Positions 37,010 through 45,582 of a DNA stretch of 64,000 nt are shown here, in pieces (position 1 is the stretch's first letter; each line of letters opens with the position of its first letter). The notes under the pieces were generated by a model. It had not been told where the DNA came from, did not search any database, and saw only the letters and a program-made list of their open reading frames with translations. The DNA is from Pseudomonadota bacterium (GTDB lineage: Bacteria > Myxococcota_A > UBA9160 > SZUA-336), in NCBI GenBank assembly GCA_021295775.1, contig JAGWBS010000040.1, positions 906-64,905 of the forward strand. Reading direction: 5' to 3'. Position numbers and translations under genes: made by a program.

Positions 37010-37947
37010 CGCTGCTTCAGGTCCACCTGGCCCGTGAGCGGATCGTCGCGCTCCCAGCGGCCCAGGTTGTCTACGAAGGTGTCGAAAAGCCTGTCCAGCG
37101 CGCCGGGCGCGATCCAGGAGCAGTGCGGGCTTAGGCGCACGCGCGGATGGCGGTACAGCCAGTGGTCCTCCGGCAGCGGCTCGGGCTCGCACACGTCCAG
37201 CGAGGCCCGCGCGATGCGGCCGTCGTCGAGCGCCTCGCGCAGGGCGTCCTGGTCGATCAGGGACCCGCGCGCGATGTTGATCAGGTGCACACCCGGCTTG
37301 ACTTGCCCCAGCGCCTCGGCGTCGATCAGGTGCCGCGTCCGGGGGGTCGCGGCCGCGGCGATCACCAGGTGGTCCGACCGCGCCAGGAGCTCGGCCAGGG
37401 AAGCGACGATCTCGACCCCATCGACCGGGCTGGGCTGGGAGGTGCGGCGCAGCGCCAGTACGCGCATCCCGAAGGGCAGCGCCCGCTCGGCGATCGCCAC
37501 GCCGATGCCGCCGATCCCGACCAGCCCCAGGGTCTGACCGTACACTCCGCCCAGTTCGCCGGCGTTCCAACGCTCGGGCGGGCGGTCGATCCAGGTATCG
37601 GGCAGGGCCTTCTCGAGCGCCAGGATCACCGCCAGAACCCATTCCGAGATCGGGATCGCGCTGGCGCCGCGCGCGCAGGTCAGCACTCGGTCTCCCACCT
37701 GGTCCATGGGAAAGCGGTCCACGCCCGTGCCGACCGTGTGGATCCAGCGCACGCCAGCCGCCCGCACCAGCTCGCCCAGGTTCGGGCTGCCCCAGGCCGC
37801 TGTGAGCAGGATCTCTCCGCTCACCCCCTTCGGCGCCGGCCCCTCCTGAGGCACCTCGACCCACTCCACGTCAGGTCGGGCCTCGCTCACGCGGGCCAGC
37901 ACGGCGGGGGGAACGTGGGTCAGAACGCGCAGCGGCAAAGTCGGCAT
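37003..37947 (-). CDS. D-isomer-specific 2-hydroxyacid dehydrogenase (NAD-binding)
   Basis: ATG 37947, with GGGAGG 4 nt upstream. Translation ...TLGLVGIGGIGVAIAERALPFGMRVLA...LINIARGSLIDQDAL...ASLDVCEPEPLP... Its 3' end overlaps the SnoaL gene by 7 nt (convergent). Confidence 0.9.
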   Translation of the reverse strand: MPTLPLRVLTHVPPAVLARVSEARPDVEWVEVPQEGPAPKGVSGEILLTAAWGSPNLGELVRAAGVRWIHTVGTGVDRFPMDQVGDRVLTCARGASAIPISEWVLAVILALEKALPDTWIDRPPERWNAGELGGVYGQTLGLVGIGGIGVAIAERALPFGMRVLALRRTSQPSPVDGVEIVASLAELLARSDHLVIAAAATPRTRHLIDAEALGQVKPGVHLINIARGSLIDQDALREALDDGRIARASLDVCEPEPLPEDHWLYRHPRVRLSPHCSWIAPGALDRLFDTFVDNLGRWERDDPLTGQVDLKQRY

Positions 37948-38018
37948 GAGCCCTCCCGGAAGCCGGGCCATCATAACGCGGCTTGAACGCCGGGCCGGGC
38001 TTGGCCCATGCTCGCTGG

Positions 38019-39509
38019 ATGCCTCTGCTGATCGGCGAGATCTTCCGCCGCAACGCCCGGGTCGTCCCCGACTCGCCCGCCGCGGTGATGGGCGAGGTCG
38101 AACTCTCGCACGCGCGGCTGAACGCGCGGGGCAACGCCACCGCGCGCGTGCTGCGCGAGGGTGGCGTGCGGCACGGCGACCGGGTGGTGACCTGGGCAGA
38201 CACCAGCCTGGACATGCTGCCTCTCTACGTCGGTCTGGCCAAGCTGGGGGCGGTCTTCGCCCCGCTCAATGCGCGGCTGGGGGTGGGCGAGGCCGCCGAG
38301 GTCGCGGCGGTGGCGCGTCCCCGACTGCTGGTCGCGGACGCCGAGCGCGCCCCGGAGCTGGACGAGCTGGCCCGCCGCGCCGAGGTGCCGCAGGTCGCCA
38401 GGCTCGGAGGGGAGGGGCCGGGAGACGACCTGGTCGCGGCCGCGGCCGCCGCTCCGGACGGGGAGATCGATGAGCCCGGGCTGCGCGAGACCGACACGCA
38501 CGTCCTGTTCTTCACCAGCGGCAGCACCGGGCGTTCCAAGGGCGTGATCCTGTCGCACCGGGCCAACTACCTGCGCACCTACCAGGGCGTGTTCCGGGAC
38601 GAGCCCGAGCGCTCGATCTGCATGTTCCCGTTGTTTCACATGGCCGCCTTCACGCTGGCGACCAGCGCCTGGCAGACCCGCGGGGAAATCTGCTTCGTGC
38701 AGCCCCCCACGGCCGACGCCCTGCTCGCGGCCGTCGAGCGGCGGCGCGCCAACCGCCTCTACTGCCTGCCGGCGGTGTGGGGCCGCATCCTGGAAGCCGA
38801 TCCCGAGCGCTACGACGTCTCCAGCCTGCGCCAGGTGGACACCGGCACCTCCGCCACGCCCATCGAACTGCTGCGCGCGCTCAAGCGGCGCTTTCCCGGC
38901 ACGGCCACGCGGGTGCACTACGGCTCGACCGAGTGCGGTTCGGGCGCCAGCCTCGCGGACGCCGACGTGCTGCGCAAGCCGGGCAGCGTCGGCCTGCCGC
39001 CGCCCGGCGTCGAGCTGCGGCTCGACGAGAAGGGCGAGATCTGCGTGCGCAGCGACGTCCTGATGGACGGCTACTTCGACAACCCCGAGGCCACGGCGGA
39101 GGCGCTGCAGGACGGCTGGTACCGGACGGGCGACATCGGTTCGCTCGACGACGAAGGCTATCTCTCGATCGTCGGAAGGGTACGCGACATCATCCGCACG
39201 GGAGGCGAGAGCGTCGCGCCGACCGAGGTCGAGCAGGCCCTGGCCGACCACCCCGGAATCCGCGAGCTGGCGGTGGTGGGCATCCCCGACCCGGCCTGGG
39301 GCGAGGTGGTGTGCGCGGTCGTGGTCCCGAACGAGGGCGCCGAAATCGACCTGGAGGGACTGCAGGCGCATTGCGCCTCCCGGCTCGCGCGTTTCAAGCA
39401 GCCGCGACGCCTGGAGCTGATCGACGCCCTGCCCCGCACCGCCGCCACCCGACAGATCCAGCGCACGCTGCTGGTCGAGCGGATCGCTTCGCAGCCCCCG
39501 GGAGCCTGA
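38019..39509 (+). CDS. AMP-dependent synthetase/ligase (acyl-CoA synthetase family)
   Basis: ATG 38019: MPLLIGEIFRRNARVVPDSPA...LFFTSGSTGRSKGVILSH...YGSTECG...WYRTGDIG...GRVRDIIRTGGESVAP... An alternative TTG start is at 37983. Confidence 0.92.
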   Translation: MPLLIGEIFRRNARVVPDSPAAVMGEVELSHARLNARGNATARVLREGGVRHGDRVVTWADTSLDMLPLYVGLAKLGAVFAPLNARLGVGEAAEVAAVARPRLLVADAERAPELDELARRAEVPQVARLGGEGPGDDLVAAAAAAPDGEIDEPGLRETDTHVLFFTSGSTGRSKGVILSHRANYLRTYQGVFRDEPERSICMFPLFHMAAFTLATSAWQTRGEICFVQPPTADALLAAVERRRANRLYCLPAVWGRILEADPERYDVSSLRQVDTGTSATPIELLRALKRRFPGTATRVHYGSTECGSGASLADADVLRKPGSVGLPPPGVELRLDEKGEICVRSDVLMDGYFDNPEATAEALQDGWYRTGDIGSLDDEGYLSIVGRVRDIIRTGGESVAPTEVEQALADHPGIRELAVVGIPDPAWGEVVCAVVVPNEGAEIDLEGLQAHCASRLARFKQPRRLELIDALPRTAATRQIQRTLLVERIASQPPGA

Positions 39510-39593
39510 GGACGGGCCCGAGCCGCGTGAGGATTCGGGCCATGCCGGCGAAGTCCGCCCCAAGCCCTCCCGGCCTGCGCTAGAGTCGCCCCG

Positions 39594-40178
39594 ATGGAGC
39601 GCGAGATCATGCTGACCGGCATCGGCGGGCAGGGCGTCCAGCTCGCGGCGCAGGTTCTCGCGCGCGCCGCCGTGCGCGAGGATCGTCACGCGATCTACCT
39701 GGGCACCTACGGCGGCACCATGCGCGGCGGGAACACCGACTCCACGCTGGTGGTCGGCGACGCCCCGATCTCCGCTCCCCCGATCGTCTCGCGCACCTGG
39801 GCGGCGCTGGCGATGCACCACCAGTTCTGGGAACCCGTGCGGGACAAGCTGCGGCCGGGCGGCGTGGCGATGGTCAACTCTCCGGCGTTCGAGGGCGAAC
39901 TCGACCGCGAACGGCACCGGGTCTTCGAAGTGCCGGCGACGCCGATCGCGGCCGGGCTCGGCGGGGCGATGGCATCGTCGCTGGTCCTGGCCGGAGCGTT
40001 CGCCGCGACCACGGGACTGGTCGAGCTGCCGTCGCTGATCGAGGCCATGCGCGAGTCCCTGCCGCCCTACCGCCGGCAGCACCTGGAACTCAACCAGGCG
40101 GCGCTGGCAGCCGGTTTCGAAGCCGGCTCCCCCGGCGCGGCACCGGCCTGGCCGAAAAATGGCGGAGCGCCGGCGTGA
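39594..40178 (+). CDS. 2-oxoacid:ferredoxin oxidoreductase, gamma subunit
   Basis: Translation MEREIMLTGIGGQGVQLAAQVLARAAVREDRH... Confidence 0.88.
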   Translation: MEREIMLTGIGGQGVQLAAQVLARAAVREDRHAIYLGTYGGTMRGGNTDSTLVVGDAPISAPPIVSRTWAALAMHHQFWEPVRDKLRPGGVAMVNSPAFEGELDRERHRVFEVPATPIAAGLGGAMASSLVLAGAFAATTGLVELPSLIEAMRESLPPYRRQHLELNQAALAAGFEAGSPGAAPAWPKNGGAPA

Positions 40179-40423
40179 GAGCGATCGAAAGCCGCGGCAC
40201 CGTCACGATCGCGAAGCAACTCTGCAAGGGCTGCGAACTGTGCATCCCCGCCTGCCCGCCCCGGGTGCTGGAGATGTCGGAGGCCCACAACGAGCAGGGC
40301 TTCCCCTACCCCGAGCTGCGGCCAGGCTGCACCGGCTGCGGCGCCTGCCTGCTGGTCTGCCCGGACTTCTGCTTCGAGGTCTTCCTGTACCGGGAGCCGG
40401 TCGCTCACGAGGTCGCGCCGTGA
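40175..40423 (+). CDS. 2-oxoacid:ferredoxin oxidoreductase, delta subunit (2x[4Fe-4S] ferredoxin)
   Basis: The GTG start overlaps the gamma-subunit TGA (GTGA). The two Cys clusters are CKGCELCIPACP and CTGCGACLLVCP. Confidence 0.88.
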   Translation: MRAIESRGTVTIAKQLCKGCELCIPACPPRVLEMSEAHNEQGFPYPELRPGCTGCGACLLVCPDFCFEVFLYREPVAHEVAP

Positions 40424-41502
40424 GCCGCGAACTGATCGAGGGCTCCGCCGCCATCGCGGAAGCCGCCATCGCCGCGGGCTGCCGCTTTTTCGCCGGCTAC
40501 CCGATGACGCCCTTCACCGAGGTGCTGGAGCACTTCGCCAGGCGTCTGCCCGAGGTCGGCGGCGTCTGCATCAACGCGGAGAGCGAGCTGGAGGCGGTCG
40601 GGATGGCCTGGGGGGCCGTCTCCACCGGCGCGCGGGCGGCGACCGGTTCGACCGGCCAGGGCCTGTCGCTGATGCAGGAGTCGTTCTCGGAGATCACGCG
40701 CGCGGAGCTGCCGCTGGTGATCGTCAACATGGCGCGCGGCCAGGGCGACTACTACCAGTCGACGCGCGGCGGCGGGCACGGCGACTACCGTCACATCGTG
40801 CTGGCGCCGATCGACATCCACGAGGCGGTCGAGCTGACCCAGCTTGCGTTCCACCTCGCCGACGCCTGGCGCAACCCTGTGCTGATCTACGGCGACTATC
40901 TGCTGGCGCACACTTACGAGGCCGTCGACATCCGCGCGCTCGACTTCGGCGAGCTGCCGGCCAAGGACTGGGCCGTCGACGGCTCTTTGGGCGGAACCGG
41001 ACACTCCCGCAGCGTCAATCCGCTGGGGTTCCGCAAGGGCGAGACGGGCGTCGACCCGGACTCGATGTGGAAGCGGCTGCAGGCCAAGCACGACGCGATC
41101 GAACGCGAAGAGGCGCGCTGCGAGACGGAGTTCGTCGACGACGCCGAGACGGTCGTCGTGGCCTTCGGCTCGCTGGCCAAGTTCGCCCGCTACGCCGTCC
41201 GCGAGCTGCGCGGCGAGGGAGTGCGCGTGGGCTACGTGCGGCCCATCACGCTCTGGCCGTTCCCCTCGCAAGCCCTGGCGAGCGCCTGCGACGGAGCCGC
41301 CAACGTCGCCGTGCTGGAGCAGAACGCCGGCCAGATGATCGACGACGTGCGGCTGGCATTGCTGGGCCGCGCGCCGGTCGTCGCGATCGGGGAGATCTCG
41401 ACCGATCCGGCCGGATTCGGCGTCGGCCCCCTGCTCGACCCCGAGCGGGTGCGCGGGCGCATCGAAGCGGTGCTGGAAGCGCCGCCAGGAGGACCCCGGT
41501 GA
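40420..41502 (+). CDS. 2-oxoacid:ferredoxin oxidoreductase, alpha subunit
   Basis: GTG 40420 overlaps the delta-subunit TGA. Translation VSRELIEGSAAIAEAAIAAGCRFFAGYPMTPFTEVLEH... Confidence 0.9.
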   Translation: MSRELIEGSAAIAEAAIAAGCRFFAGYPMTPFTEVLEHFARRLPEVGGVCINAESELEAVGMAWGAVSTGARAATGSTGQGLSLMQESFSEITRAELPLVIVNMARGQGDYYQSTRGGGHGDYRHIVLAPIDIHEAVELTQLAFHLADAWRNPVLIYGDYLLAHTYEAVDIRALDFGELPAKDWAVDGSLGGTGHSRSVNPLGFRKGETGVDPDSMWKRLQAKHDAIEREEARCETEFVDDAETVVVAFGSLAKFARYAVRELRGEGVRVGYVRPITLWPFPSQALASACDGAANVAVLEQNAGQMIDDVRLALLGRAPVVAIGEISTDPAGFGVGPLLDPERVRGRIEAVLEAPPGGPR

Positions 41503-42347
41503 GCCGACTCCCGGTTCTGGACACCGACCGCCCGCCGCAGGCCTCGGCGGTCAAGATCGCGCGCGACAAGCCGGATCTGCTGCTGACCGAGCGCCACGAT
41601 CTCTGCCCGGGCTGCGGCGAGCCCCTGGCCATGCGCGTGCTGCTCGAGGCGATCGAAGAGCTGGACGCGAGCCGAATGGCGATCGGCGTGGTCGGCATCG
41701 GCTGCTACACCGCCTTCAGTCCGACCATGGACGTGGACAGCATCCAGGCGCTGCACGGTCGAGCGCCCTCGGTGGCGACCGGCGCCAAGCGCATGCGGCC
41801 GGAGTCGCTGGTGTTCACGCTCCAGGGCGATGGGGACATGGTCAACGAGGGCCTGCAGGAGGTCATCCACACCGCCGCGCGGGGCGAGTCCGTGACCTGC
41901 GTGCTGCTCAACAACGGCGTGTTCGGCGAGACCGGCGGCCACATGACCGCGACCACGGTGCTCGGGCAGCGCACCAAGAACTCGCTCGACGGCCGCGACG
42001 CCGCCTACCACGGCCACCCGATCCTGATCGGCGACCTGCTCGCCCAGCTCGGCGGAACCGCCTACGCGGCGCGCGGCGCGGTGGACGACGCCGCCGGCGT
42101 CGCGCGCGCCAAGCGCATGCTGCGGCGCGCCTTCCAGACCCAGCTCCGAGGCGAGGGCTTCTCCTTCGTCGAGATCCTGACCATGTGTCCCACCGGCTGG
42201 TTCATCCCCACGCCCGACGGCCCCGGCTACCTCGACGAGGTGATGGGCACGGTGCACGTGACCGGAGAGCTCAAGGCCGGCGGCAAGCTGACGACCACGG
42301 CCGAACTGATCGCGCGCCGCGGGGGCCGCGAAGCGCCGACCGCGTAG
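41499..42347 (+). CDS. 2-oxoacid:ferredoxin oxidoreductase, beta subunit (TPP-binding)
   Basis: GTG 41499 overlaps the alpha-subunit TGA. Translation ...HDLCPGCGEPLAMRVLLEAI...TLQGDGDMVNEGLQEVIHTAARGESVTCVLLNNGVFGETGGH... Confidence 0.9.
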   Translation: MSRLPVLDTDRPPQASAVKIARDKPDLLLTERHDLCPGCGEPLAMRVLLEAIEELDASRMAIGVVGIGCYTAFSPTMDVDSIQALHGRAPSVATGAKRMRPESLVFTLQGDGDMVNEGLQEVIHTAARGESVTCVLLNNGVFGETGGHMTATTVLGQRTKNSLDGRDAAYHGHPILIGDLLAQLGGTAYAARGAVDDAAGVARAKRMLRRAFQTQLRGEGFSFVEILTMCPTGWFIPTPDGPGYLDEVMGTVHVTGELKAGGKLTTTAELIARRGGREAPTA

Positions 42348-42355
42348 AGCCCGCC

Positions 42356-43135
42356 TCAGGCGGGACGGCGCCCCCAGGCGGACATCGCCACGGGGGACAG
42401 GATCGCGAAGTCCGGCGAGCGGGCCTGGGCCAGCGCGCGGTAGATCAGGTCGGCGGGGATCTCGCCCCGTTCGACGCTCGCCTCCCGCGAGCGCGCCAGG
42501 GCGGCCACGTACCACTCGGCGCTCCGCTGACCGCCGTGCATGGTCCAGACCCGGCCCTGGGCGCCGCACTCGGTCAGCCCCCCGCCCCGCACCCCCCCCC
42601 GCAGCCCGCGCCCGCTGCGATCGCGGGCCGAGTCGGAGCTGAGCATCACCAGCGAGCGGAACGGCTCCGGGATCTCCTGCTCCAGAAACTGGGTCCAGTC
42701 GCCGTCCTCGACGACCACCCAGCCTCCGGGCCTGGCGGCCGCGACCAGCTTGTCCAGGACCTGCTCGCGCTGGTGGAGGTGCTGGAGCAGCGCTCGCGCG
42801 TGCACCAGGTCGAACTCCGCGTCGCCCAGCTCGGCCACGGTCACGTCGAGCTGCCGGACTTCGGCGTTCGGGCCGACCTCGACGTGGAAGCGCGTGTCGA
42901 CGTCGACGGCCAGAACCGATCCCCGCTCTCCCACTCGCTCCGAAAGCCAGCGGGTGACCGTCCCGGAGCCGGCCCCGGCCTCCAGGCAGCGCCAACCCTC
43001 CGACACGCCGGTCCGTTCGAGGACCTCGAAAGTGATCGGATCCCGCTGGTAGGTCAGGTGGTCCAGGCGCGCGCCCTCCTGGGCGACCTGGTCGGGGTCC
43101 TTCGAGATCCGATAGGAGATGCGCTCAGCCGGCAT
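42356..43135 (-). CDS. Class I SAM-dependent methyltransferase
   Basis: ATG 43135, with GGGAG-N5 upstream. Translation ...WRCLEAGAGSGTVTRWLSERVG...VLAVDVD...FDLVHARALLQHL... It contains a G9 run and multiple G-tracts (42578-42613). Confidence 0.85.
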   Translation of the reverse strand: MPAERISYRISKDPDQVAQEGARLDHLTYQRDPITFEVLERTGVSEGWRCLEAGAGSGTVTRWLSERVGERGSVLAVDVDTRFHVEVGPNAEVRQLDVTVAELGDAEFDLVHARALLQHLHQREQVLDKLVAAARPGGWVVVEDGDWTQFLEQEIPEPFRSLVMLSSDSARDRSGRGLRGGVRGGGLTECGAQGRVWTMHGGQRSAEWYVAALARSREASVERGEIPADLIYRALAQARSPDFAILSPVAMSAWGRRPA

Positions 43136-43234
43136 CGGTTCTCCCTCGCCTCCGCGCCTGCCCCCACAGCACGCCGCTCCAGACGGCGCAGGGAAGCAAC
43201 CCGCCGGCCGTGCGGGAGAAAATCCCCGGACGGC

Positions 43235-43690
43235 TCACTCGAACAGGTAGCGCGTCACGCTCTCGACCACGCATGCCGGCTTCTCGCTGCCCTCCACCTC
43301 CACGCTGATGCGCACCACGACCTGGACGCCGCCCGGTACGTCCTGCGCCTCCGCGACCTCGGCGCCGCAGCGCACCCGCGAACCGACCGGCACGGGGGCG
43401 GGGAAACGCACTTTGTTGGCCCCGTAGTTGATGCCCATCTGGGCGCCCGGAACCGTGATCAGCCCGGGCAGGAACATATTGGTCAGAGACAAGGTGAGGT
43501 AGCCGTGGGCGATCGTGCTGCCGAAGGGACCCGCCGCGGCGCGCTCGGCGTCGATGTGGATCCACTGGTGGTCCCCGGTCGCCTCGGCGAAGAGATCGAT
43601 GCGCGCCTGGTCGATCTCCAGCCATTCGCCGTACCCCAGGTGCTGGCCGACCGCGGCCTTGAGCTCGTCTGCGCTGTGGAACTCCGCCAT
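43235..43690 (-). CDS. MaoC-like (R)-specific enoyl-CoA hydratase/dehydratase
   Basis: ATG 43690: MAEFHSADELKAAVGQHLGYGEWLEIDQARIDLFAEATGDHQWIHIDAERAAAGPFGSTIAHGYLTLSL... The rest of ORF 43235..45445 is spurious. Confidence 0.9.
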   Translation of the reverse strand: MAEFHSADELKAAVGQHLGYGEWLEIDQARIDLFAEATGDHQWIHIDAERAAAGPFGSTIAHGYLTLSLTNMFLPGLITVPGAQMGINYGANKVRFPAPVPVGSRVRCGAEVAEAQDVPGGVQVVVRISVEVEGSEKPACVVESVTRYLFE

Positions 43691-43783
43691 GTTCTCCCTC
43701 GCCGTCTCGCGCGGTTCTCGACCGCGCCGACGGAGCGCCATTATCGCCGCGCGACCCCGGCGCTGGCCAGCGCGCCCGCTGCT

Positions 43784-44992
43784 ATGCTCCGGCACATGGG
43801 CTCCGCTCCCCGAGCGCTCGAGGGCGTGCGCGTTCTGGACCTCGGCACGCTGTACGCGGGACCCGCGCTGGCGGCGATGCTCGGCGATCTGGGCGCGGAC
43901 GTGATCAAGGTCGAGCCGCCGGGGGGAGATTCCCTGCGCCAGCTCGGGCAAAAGGTCGGGGGCCAGTCCCTGGTCTGGGCCATGACCGGGCGCAACAAGC
44001 GCGCCGTCACGCTGGACCTGGGGCAGGAACGCGGACAGGAGATCCTGCGGTCCCTGCTCGTGCGCAGCGACGTGGTGGTGGAGAACTTCCCGCTGCCGGC
44101 CCAGCGGCGCCTGCACTGCACCTACGAGGAGCTGCGCGCCGTCAATCCGCGGCTGATCGTGGTGAGCGTGAGCTGCTACGGACGTAGCGGCCCGTACAGC
44201 GAAAGGGTCGGCAACGGGACACTGGCGGAGGCCTTCGCCGGGCTCACGCACATGACGGGCGAAGCGGACGGGCCGCCGCTGCTGACCTCGCTGCCGATCG
44301 GCGACGTGCTGGCGTCGGTCCAGGGGGTGATCGGCGCGCTGGCCGCCTGCTATCACCGCGACGCCGGCGGCGGCGGCGGGCAGCACGTCGACGTGAGCAT
44401 GTACGAGCCCGTGCTTCAGTTTCTGACCAACCCCATCCTGCGCTACGGCCACAGCGGCGTGAGCGAGAGCCGCGCCGGCAGCCGCATTCCCGGTTCGGCG
44501 CCCCGCAATACCTACCGCACCCGCGACGGCCGCTGGGTCGTCATCTCCGCCGTCACCGACCGCATGGTCGCGCGTCTCCTGCAGGCGATGGGCCGGGACA
44601 GCCCGGCCAACCGGGAGCGCTTCGGGCGCCAGCCGGATCGTGTCCGGAACGAACTGGAAATGGACGCGGAAGTCGCCGACTGGGTGGCGCAGACCGATGG
44701 CGACGCGGTGGTGGAGACGCTGGCCGCCGCGGCCATCCCGGTCTCGGCCGTGAACGACGCGGCGGCGATCTTCGCCGATCCGCACATCGCCGCGCGCGGG
44801 AATCTGCTGGAAGTGACCGACCCCCGGGCCGGTCCCCTGCGCGTCCCCGCGCCCACGCCGCGCCTCAGCGAAACACCGGCGCGGATCCGCTGGACGGGTC
44901 CCGAAGTGGGCCAGCACAACCGCGAGGTCTACGCCGAACTCGGCCTGGACGACTCGGAACTGGAGGCGCTGCGGGAAGCCGGCGTGGTCTGA
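43784..44992 (+). CDS. CaiB/BaiF family (class III) CoA-transferase
   Basis: Translation ...LEGVRVLDLGTLYAGPALAAMLGDLGADVIKVEPPGGDSLR...VVENFP... The start is ATG 43784 or ATG 43796. The long upstream part of ORF 42185..44992 is spurious. Confidence 0.9.
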   Translation: MLRHMGSAPRALEGVRVLDLGTLYAGPALAAMLGDLGADVIKVEPPGGDSLRQLGQKVGGQSLVWAMTGRNKRAVTLDLGQERGQEILRSLLVRSDVVVENFPLPAQRRLHCTYEELRAVNPRLIVVSVSCYGRSGPYSERVGNGTLAEAFAGLTHMTGEADGPPLLTSLPIGDVLASVQGVIGALAACYHRDAGGGGGQHVDVSMYEPVLQFLTNPILRYGHSGVSESRAGSRIPGSAPRNTYRTRDGRWVVISAVTDRMVARLLQAMGRDSPANRERFGRQPDRVRNELEMDAEVADWVAQTDGDAVVETLAAAAIPVSAVNDAAAIFADPHIAARGNLLEVTDPRAGPLRVPAPTPRLSETPARIRWTGPEVGQHNREVYAELGLDDSELEALREAGVV

Positions 44993-45035
44993 GCCGGCGC
45001 TATACTCGCGGGGCGAATCCTTCCCGGAGGTCCGA

Positions 45036-45575
45036 GTGCAGCGCGTAACGATCCTGGATCCCACCGCCCCGCCCCCCGAGACCTCGGCCGATCCCGGCCC
45101 GCCCGCCGGCTCCCTTTCCGGCCGCCGAGTCGGGATCCGTTTCGACCAGACCTGGCGCTCTTTCATCACGGCCACGCGCGACTGGGCCCCGCGTCTCGAA
45201 GCGGCCGGCGCGCAGGTGCGCTGGTGGGACGCCGGCAGCCGCGTCGGCGAAGACGGCGAGCGCACTCGCCGCGAGCTGACCGAGTTCGTGCGGGAGGTCG
45301 ACGTCGCCATCGTCGGCCTGGGCAATTGAGGCTCCTGTACCGCCTGGACCGTCCACGACAGCGTGGCGGCGGTCGAGGCGGGCAAGGCGGCGGTCGCCGT
45401 CGTAACCCGGGAGTTCGAGGCACTGGCCCACAGCATGGCCGCCAACGCCGGCCGGCCCGGACTGCGCGTGCACGTGCTGCCCTACCCGCTCGAGTCGCTC
45501 GCCCCCGAGCGGGTCGCCGAGATCGCCGCCGAGCACTACCCCAAGCTGATGGGCACGCTGGGAGCGCAGGCGTGA
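45036..45575 (+). CDS. Probable selenoprotein (UGSC-motif family). The in-frame TGA at 45327-45329 is read as selenocysteine.
   Basis: GGAGG-N5-GTG at 45036. ORFs 45036..45329 and 45363..45575 are in the same frame and are separated by one TGA. Read-through gives ...VDVAIVGLGN-U-GSCTAWTVHDSVAAVEAGKAAVAVVTREFEAL..., where U-G-S-C is a UxxC redox motif. No start codon or SD lies between the TGA and 45363. A hairpin follows downstream. Confidence 0.65.
45347..45374 (+). promoter_or_regulatory. Candidate bacterial SECIS hairpin
   Basis: GACCG-T-CCACG-ACAG-CGTGG-CGG-CGGTC forms two 5-bp stems with an internal bulge and a 4-nt apical loop. The base of the stem lies 17 nt after the TGA. Confidence 0.4.
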
Positions 45576-45582
45576 GTCGGGC

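Noticed and set aside
45363-45575. An independent 70-aa gene starting at GTG 45363.
   Set aside because: There is no SD. It is in the same frame as the upstream ORF with an open reading frame across the gap. It is better explained as the C-terminal half of a TGA-containing selenoprotein gene.
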